In this document: piece after piece, positions 57,406-64,000 of the stretch | How positions within the stretch are numbered: the first letter of the stretch is position 1 | How the letters are laid out: each line of letters starts with the position of its first letter | Assembly: GCA_951406725.2 (NCBI GenBank) | Contig: OX597817.1 | Location: 105,276,001-105,340,000, forward strand | Length of the DNA stretch: 64,000 nt | Source: Octopus vulgaris | Taxonomy: Eukaryota | Direction: 5' to 3' | Program-made: the position numbers and the translations under genes | The notes under the pieces: model-generated | The model's database searches: none | The model's input: only the letters and a program-made list of their open reading frames with translations | What the model was told of the DNA's origin: nothing

Positions 57406-58428
57406 GCAATAAAGATTCAAGTCAATTTTAATGAATTTACTTGAATATGGTACCTAACTTAGATGCACCAAAAAACTATACGGTTTTAACAATACAGTAA
57501 TGTGGGGTGATTATAAGCGAGAAAGAAGCAACAAGAATGGATAAGTTTTTAGTACAATCGTTTCATACAAAGACAGGCTTTATTAAAAGGTTGCAAAAAT
57601 TGCAGCATATAAACGTGTCCCGTACTCATCAGCTAAAATACATGTGAGTTCTCTAGACATCTTAGTGGTTGAGGCTATACTCATGAAGTAATGTAGATAA
57701 TTAAGTAACATAAACAGATTTCCAAAGTTCATTAAAGTTCTTTAAAGATGATGTACAGTCTTATCACAGATTTTTAAAAAAGTTTTAATAGCATCACAGA
57801 GAAGGTGACCTAATCCATAGTGTACATATGAATTTCCATAGATATGAGGAGGGATTACATACTCACAGACGACAAATTTATCCATGGCTAATCACAACGA
57901 GGTGGGTATCAATTCCTGCTTATTAGCATTACAGAGAGGGTGAATTCTTTTCCTTTTCTCTTGTAGATCCCCCCCTTTGCTTCCTCAATGGTGTAGATGT
58001 AAATTTCCAGAGAAATGAAGAGGAATTTCATATTCACAGACGATAAATTTATCAATGGTTGAACACAATGAGGTAGGTATCAATTCTTGCTATATGATTA
58101 GCAGTAATGTGATTAATGTGGCAAATACCTAATCATATAGCAAGAATTGATACCTACCTCATTGTGTTCAACCATTGATAATCGTCTGTGAATATTTATC
58201 GTCTGTGAATATGAAATTCCTCTTCATTTCTCTGTATGAGATTTACATCTACACCATTAAAACTTTTTAAAAATCTGTGATAAGACTGAAATTGTGCATC
58301 TATACAAAGGATTAATTCACGGGACACGTTTATATGCTGCAATTTTTGCAACCTTTAATAAAGCCTGTCTTTGTATGAAACGATTGTACTAAAAACTTAT
58401 CCATTCTTGTTGCTTCTTTCTCGCTTAT
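57401..58428 (-). mobile_element. Non-coding hammerhead-bearing fold-back insertion in (TA)n
   Basis: Tail at 57401-57510. The right arm is an inverted copy with internal deletions (58320-58428 vs 57511-57623; 58257-58287 vs ~57757-57790; 58130-58256 vs ~57993-58102). Confidence 0.85.
57547..57638 (-). ncRNA. Canonical type I hammerhead ribozyme with long stem II
   Basis: ttttag-CTGATGA-GTACGGGACA..TGTCTTTGTAT-GAAA-C-gatt-GTA-ctaaaa: complete core, perfect 6-bp stem I, GUA cleavage site. Confidence 0.85.
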
Positions 58429-58511
58429 ATATATATATATATATATATATTTGTAAAAAATGAAGTTCGAAAATGCTGCTGTATTATACAATTTTTAATT
58501 TTTATATATAC

Positions 58512-58555
58512 ATTATAACATGTTTCAGTTCCTGAAATGAACCTTATCAAAAAAA
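58512..58555 (-). ncRNA. Type I hammerhead candidate, U3-A8 variant (also at 63235-63278 and 29507-29550)
   Basis: TTGATAA-GGTTC-atttcag-GAACT-GAA-ACATGT-T. Palindromic stem III and GUU site, but stem I is imperfect. Confidence 0.6.
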
Positions 58556-58930
58556 GTTATATATAAAAAGAGACAGCTCATGCCGTCAAACACAAGAAAT
58601 TCATTTATAATACACAACGGAGTCAGACATCTTAGAGTTCATGTATAGTTGATATATAGTTCATGTATAGTTGATATATAGTTTGAAGTATATGTTCAAA
58701 GTGTTCGATGCAGTGGCCCACGGTGGCGATACGTATTCAATACAAAAAACAGATCAAAGTGGTGGAAAGCGGTCAATACAGAAGATTGATGTTTCCGAAA
58801 GAGCGAGGAATTCATTTTTACCTTAAGCAATTGTGATGACCCATGGTGGAAGTTCGCTGGGTGGTTCTAGTGATTTTTTGTGAAATGCTCGGTTTTATAA
58901 TGCCTGTTAGGTGGTAAATCTAGCGTAGCG

Positions 58931-59265
58931 TGACGTCATCAATGTTTTGACCAATCGTTTCGTTAGGTGGCTTTAATCAAGTGGAACGGGACGTCATCAT
59001 TATTTTGACCAATCGCTGCATTATAACTCCCTCTTGTTTGTTTCCTGTCTTGACCAGTCGCTTCGTTAGTCAAGCATAGCGGGACGTCATCCAGATTCTG
59101 CCCAATCACGACTTATAGCTACATTAGATCTGCCCCCTGTCTGTACTTGTTAGGTGACTATTCAAGCAGAAAAGGACGTCATCAATATTCTGACTAATGA
59201 CTGTCCCCTGTTTGTATCCTGTCCATTCTAACAGAGCTAGACGTCATCAACTTGTTGACCAATCA
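58931..59265. promoter_or_regulatory. Array of five GACGTCATC-N8-GACCAATC (CRE/ATF + CCAAT) modules in the PLE 3' UTR
   Basis: Modules at ~58932, 58990, 59083, 59175 and 59240, each with an 8-nt spacer of variable sequence. Six modules in the solo copy (29927-30353). Confidence 0.6.
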
Positions 59266-59432
59266 GAATCGGGTCTGACCCTTAGCTGTATCGTATGTAT
59301 CAGGGTCAGATTTGCACGAAAGAATTTTTTTCCCTTTTTTACTAAGGCATATTTCCGTCAGAGTGAGTGTCTGTTTGAAGTAGCGGCCGTGGTGAAATTT
59401 GGTTCTCCTTTTCGGAGGACTTATCTTTTGTT

Positions 59433-61730
59433 TTAGTATTCCTGGCCCAGGGTGTTTAAACTTGGTCTAAATTTTTTTATGAAATATAGTTCTTTATTTT
59501 GGCGTTGTGTGAAGGTTGCGTTGTCACTGAATTTATAGAGCGGGTTAGTTGTAAATTTCGGATTTACATTTCCAGCACATCTATCTATGTGTCCGCTGAC
59601 CGGTATTTTGCGGTAATCAGGGTTTCTAATTTGTGATTTATGCACCGCCATCCTGTTACGTAAGCTATTTTTTGTATGGCCTATATACTGCCTATTGCAG
59701 CCTGCGCATGTTATGACGTAAATTAAGTTTTCTGATGCGCAGGTGAAGTTTGTTCTAATGGTGAACTGGTGGCCTTGTTCCAGTATAAATTCTGATCCTT
59801 CTTTCAAGATGACACAGATTCCGCAGTTGGGCCTTCCACATTTTCTAACTGCTGGTTTTGTGGTTGATGTTGAGTGCAGTGTAGCTTGGGTTAAAATCCT
59901 TTTCAAGGATTTTGGTTGCCGTTTACTTTTAATGATGGTGTGTGTTTCGAGGATCCGGTTCATCTTTGGGTCTCCCTTTAGTAGGGCTGTGCTTTGTAGT
60001 ATGGTGTTGAAGGCCTCATTGTTGAGTGGGTTGTGCGTAGAGATGTAGGGAAGGGTTTTTAATTGTTCTTTCTTTTTTGGTTTTGTTTGTCTCAGGTCTT
60101 CTATACTTAATTTAAGTACCCGTTGGATTGCACTGTCTATTAGGGGCTGTGGATAGTTTCTATTTGTGAGTGTGGTTCTAAGTTCCTGGAGACGTGTGTG
60201 TCGGGTGTTTGTGTCTGATATTATGGTGCAAATCCTTCTAGCTAAACAAAAAGGGACATTCATTCTAGTGTGTCGTGGGTGGCATGAATCAAAGGGTAGG
60301 TACTGTTTAGAGTCTGTCGGTTTATAGTAGATATCTGTCTCTATTTTGTTGCCGGTTATCTTAATGAGGATGTCTAAAAATGGTAATTCTTTTTCGTTGT
60401 GGTCCATCGTGAATTGTATATTGTCATTTATTCCATTTAATAGAATTTTAAATTCCTCAAGTTTCTCTATGCCTTTGTCCCAGATGATGAAACAGTCATC
60501 GAGGTATCTTTTCCAGTTGTTATGGATATAGGTGGCGAAGGTGTTTCCATATTTCTCGAGTGTCATCCGGTATAGTATTTTCTCGAGGTATCCCATCACT
60601 AGGTTGGCAAAAGATGGTGCAGTACGCGTGCCCATCGCTGTTCCCGATCTTTGCCTGTAGAAATCATTGTCAAAAATAAAATAATTGTTCTCTAAAATGA
60701 ATCTAAGTCCTTCTATTATAAGGTCTTTGTTTATGCGAGTTGGGAGTTCAAAGGGGTAGTTATTCAGCCAGAAGGTGATTGCTTCTATTCCTAGGTTGTG
60801 AGGGATGTTAGAATAAAGATTAACTACGTCGAATGATACTAGAAGGGTTTTCTCATTGACTGTTTTAGGGAGGTGGTTGAGCATATCTATATCGTCTCTT
60901 ACGTAGCTTTTGATGTGTTTTAGGAAAGGTTTAAGAAGTGTGTCTAAGAAATTGCTGAGGCGGTGAGTTTCACATGCTGGCCCTGCTATTATCGGTCTTA
61001 GTTTAAGATCATTTGGTGAAGGGATTTTGATGAGTGTGTCGGTGGATGTTTTGCACGTTTCTCTAATGGTTTGGCTTTTGTGTACCTTAGGGATACCATA
61101 GAACAAACTCGATTTGCATTTGAAGTTAGTGATGTATTCATACTCCTTGTTCGTGAGTCCTTCTTGGTATGTGTTGATTAATGTCCTAAGGTTATGCATT
61201 ATTTTTTGCTGGTTATACTGTTGGGCCCTTTCATAATACGTTTCATCTCTTAATAGGGATAGCACTAAATTTTTATAATTGTTTGTATTCATTATTACTA
61301 TCGCGTTGCCCTTATCTGCCTCCTTAATTGTTATTGTTTTGTCTTCTCTTAGTTTGATGAGGTCGTTCCATTCTCTTTTGTTGAAGTTAGGGCTGTGTTT
61401 TTGTTTCTTGATGAATTGAAACGGGAAATTAGTTATGTAGTCACAATAGCGGTCTAAGGCTTTATTCTTACCTTTGGTGGTGGTGTAATTGCTCTTGTTT
61501 CTAGCTATTGAGTCCTCCTCTATTTGTTTGTCTTGAAATGCCTCGGTGAGTCTTAGTTTTCTGCAAAATTCCGAAATACCATCTTTCATTTCATAATAAT
61601 TAGAACGTTGTGGGGTGGGTGTAAATTTAAGTCCTTTGGAGAGTATGCTTATTTCGTTAGGTGTAAGTTCTTTGTTTGAGAGATTGATTATCTTAATTAC
61701 CTGAGGTTTCTTTTGTTTGTCCTTTGCCAT
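59433..61730 (-). CDS. PLE ORF2: reverse transcriptase + GIY-YIG endonuclease (765 aa, intact)
   Basis: INLS..LT..E..LSKGLKFTPT, ADKGNAIV, YGIPKVHK, LRPIIAG, SFDVVNLY, GTAMGT, RYLDD, YKPTD, CGRPNCGIC, NLIYVITC..YIGHT. Confidence 0.95.
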   Translation of the reverse strand: MAKDKQKKPQVIKIINLSNKELTPNEISILSKGLKFTPTPQRSNYYEMKDGISEFCRKLRLTEAFQDKQIEEDSIARNKSNYTTTKGKNKALDRYCDYITNFPFQFIKKQKHSPNFNKREWNDLIKLREDKTITIKEADKGNAIVIMNTNNYKNLVLSLLRDETYYERAQQYNQQKIMHNLRTLINTYQEGLTNKEYEYITNFKCKSSLFYGIPKVHKSQTIRETCKTSTDTLIKIPSPNDLKLRPIIAGPACETHRLSNFLDTLLKPFLKHIKSYVRDDIDMLNHLPKTVNEKTLLVSFDVVNLYSNIPHNLGIEAITFWLNNYPFELPTRINKDLIIEGLRFILENNYFIFDNDFYRQRSGTAMGTRTAPSFANLVMGYLEKILYRMTLEKYGNTFATYIHNNWKRYLDDCFIIWDKGIEKLEEFKILLNGINDNIQFTMDHNEKELPFLDILIKITGNKIETDIYYKPTDSKQYLPFDSCHPRHTRMNVPFCLARRICTIISDTNTRHTRLQELRTTLTNRNYPQPLIDSAIQRVLKLSIEDLRQTKPKKKEQLKTLPYISTHNPLNNEAFNTILQSTALLKGDPKMNRILETHTIIKSKRQPKSLKRILTQATLHSTSTTKPAVRKCGRPNCGICVILKEGSEFILEQGHQFTIRTNFTCASENLIYVITCAGCNRQYIGHTKNSLRNRMAVHKSQIRNPDYRKIPVSGHIDRCAGNVNPKFTTNPLYKFSDNATFTQRQNKELYFIKKFRPSLNTLGQEY

Positions 61731-63107
61731 CGTGTGTCCCTGTTCCTGTGTGTGGGGTCTAAAACATGATTGGTGTAGTTATGTTCAAAGCTATTATTTA
61801 TCTGTCTCATGTTGTTATAATTGTCAGAGTGAGTTTGTGGTGCTCTGTTCTGGAGTCTGTTGTTGAACCTAGTGTTACGTCTTAGTTCCTCAGGTGTATT
61901 GTGTTGGTAGTTGTTTCCTCCGTAGTGCATTTGTTGTTTGTTATGGTTGTATGGTTGGTTCCTGGGGTGGATGTTTGGTAGTAGCGTTTTGGTTTGGTTA
62001 TGTGGGTTGTATTTTATAGTATTGTATGTTGTGGCTCTTAGGTTCGTGGAATGGTGTGGTGGGACCCTATAAGTGTTTTGGGGTTGGTGTAGGTAGTGTG
62101 GGGTGCGTTTTAAATGCATTTTTCTGGTGTAGAGTGTGTTTGGATTTCTTGGTGGTTGTTCTGCTCTGTTGGTATGTCTATTTTCGAACTGGTGTGGTGG
62201 GCCTCTGTAGGTGTTTTGGGGTTGGTGTAGGTAGTGTGGGGTGTGTTTTAGGTGTACTTTTCTGGTGTAGAGTGTGGTAGGATTTCTTGGTGGTTGTTCC
62301 GTTCTATTGGTATTTGGTTTTGATTTGCTTAATTTTATGAAGGGGTTGTTGGATATGTGTTCATTTTTGAAGTTGGTTTCATAATCTAGAAACCAGATGG
62401 CGCTCTTTTCCCATCGTTGGAGGGACTTAAGTTCCTCTTTTTCACATTCTTCATTCCATAGTGCTGTTAATGTTTCAGTATTGTTGTCGTCTATTAGTTT
62501 GATGACTTCTTCGTTGATTTCCTCGTCTATGGTTTTTACTTTTTCTTCATTCGTTTTAGCTCTCAGCTTAAGTAGTTCTATTTCCATCTTCATTTTTTCT
62601 AATGACATTTTTTCTCTAAGTTTTCTTTGTTCTTCTGGTTCTTCCGAGATGGGTTTGATTTGTAATTTACGGGGTATGACTAGGGGTGTTGAGTCTAGCC
62701 ATTTTTGGTAAATCTCTGCTTTATTCTGATTTTGTATCATTTTCCAAAAAGCGAATTTTCTGTTTCGCTGTAGTGTTCTCCATTGGGGGAGGACTTGGTT
62801 CTTTATTTGTAATGTTGAAGTTGCTCGGTTCTTCTCATGTGTTCCTTCTTTTTGTTGCTCTTGTTTCGTAAAGTTTGTCGTCATTCGTAAAGAATGTCGT
62901 CATTGTATCGCATAGATTTTCAACTTTCTCGAATATTTCGGAGGGTGTTTTATTCGATTCGGTTTCCTCGTTAGTTTGTGTAGAAGGTCGAGGTGTTAAG
63001 TTGAGTTTGTTTAACACTGCTGTTAGGTTTGAATTTATGCTTTTCAATTCTTTCAGTATCTCTTCATTTATTGAGGAGATGTCGTTGGTGTCTTTTTTAG
63101 CAGGCAT
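61697..63107 (-). CDS. PLE ORF1 (helical/coiled-coil N-half, N/Q/H/P-rich C-half), split by a 19-nt duplication into 62835-63107 and 61697-62884
   Basis: The two track ORFs join in frame when one copy of atgacgaca(tt/aa)ctttacga is removed. Contains a 138-nt (46-aa) internal repeat. Confidence 0.7.
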
Positions 63108-63874
63108 TTTCGGGAGCTCGTACGTGATATGATATTTATAATAGGATTAGCTCGTATACGAGTAGGTATATATTTGTAAAAAATGAAGTTCGAAAATGCT
63201 GCTGTATTATACAATTTTTAATTTTTATATATACATTATAACATGTTTCAGTTCCTGAAATGAACCTTATCAAAAAAAGTTATATATAAAAAGAGACAGC
63301 TCATGCCGTCAAACACAAGAAATTCATTTATAATACACAACGGAGTCAGACATCTTAGAGTTCATGTATAGTTGATATATAGTTCATGTATAGTTGATAT
63401 ATAGTTTGAAGTATATGTTCAAAGTGTTCGATGCAGTGGCCCACGGTGGCGATACGTATTCAATACAAAAAACAGATCAAAGTGGTGGAAAGCGGTCAAT
63501 ACAGAAGATTGATGTTTCCGAAAGAGCGAGGAATTCATTTTTACCTTAAGCAATTGTGATGACCCATGGTGGAAGTTCGCTGGGTGGTTCTAGTGATTTT
63601 TTGTGAAATGCTCGGTTTTATAATGCCTGTTAGGTGGTCAATCTAGCGTAGCGTGACGTCATCATATATATATATATATATACATACATATATATATATA
63701 TGTATACATATATATATATATGTACATATATGTATGTATGTATATATATAAATAATTATATATATATATAATATGTATATATAATGTATATATACATATA
63801 TATATATCTTCTTTTATTCTTTTATTATTTTACTTGTTTCAGTCCTTTGACTGCGGCTATGCTGGAGCACCGCC

Positions 63875-63952
<78 letters not shown>

Positions 63953-64000
63953 TATATATACATATATATGTGATATACATATATATGGAGGCGCAATGGC

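Larger units (their letters stand above)
58451..63665 (-). mobile_element. Near-intact Neptune-type Penelope-like element in partial-tandem (pseudo-LTR) arrangement, in (TA)n
   Basis: Direct repeat 58451-58941 / 63174-63664 (offset 4723). ORF1 and ORF2 lie between them, with (TA)n at both ends. Confidence 0.95.

Noticed and set aside
58931-59265. Minus-strand TGATGA...GAAAC...GTC in the UTR repeats as tandem hammerheads, or the repeats as a CRISPR-like array
   Set aside because: C3 is missing, stem I cannot pair and GAAA occurs in only one unit. Spacers are related to each other, the context is eukaryotic and there are no cas genes.
59433-61730. Naiad-type selenoprotein PLE or telomerase
   Set aside because: The endonuclease is C-terminal, there is no in-frame TGA and there are no TERT-specific domains.

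Overview
AT-rich eukaryotic, repeat-saturated non-genic DNA. The tRNA-derived SINE families and the (TA)n/(TACA)n/(TATC)n/(TAA)n density point to an octopus-like cephalopod genome (inference). I found no convincing host gene, and most short ORFs in the track are microsatellite artefacts. The window holds relics of hAT(m), maT (DD37D), Tigger/pogo, Helitron, R4/Dong, RTE and L1/Tx1 elements, many SINE copies and at least four Penelope-like elements (PLEs). The most notable system is a set of PLEs and PLE-derived insertions targeting (TA)n. (1) A near-intact Neptune-type PLE (58.45-63.67 kb) has an intact RT+GIY-YIG ORF, an extra upstream coiled-coil/disordered ORF1 overlapping it in the -1 frame, a U3-A8 variant hammerhead motif in each pseudo-LTR (4,723 nt apart) and an array of CRE-N8-CCAAT modules with fixed spacing. 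(2) A second PLE forms a large palindrome carrying another U3-A8 hammerhead. (3) Several non-coding fold-back insertions of unrelated sequence share one architecture (inverted arm ending in TA microhomology, hairpin, unique tail, (TA)n), and one carries a fully canonical type I hammerhead.
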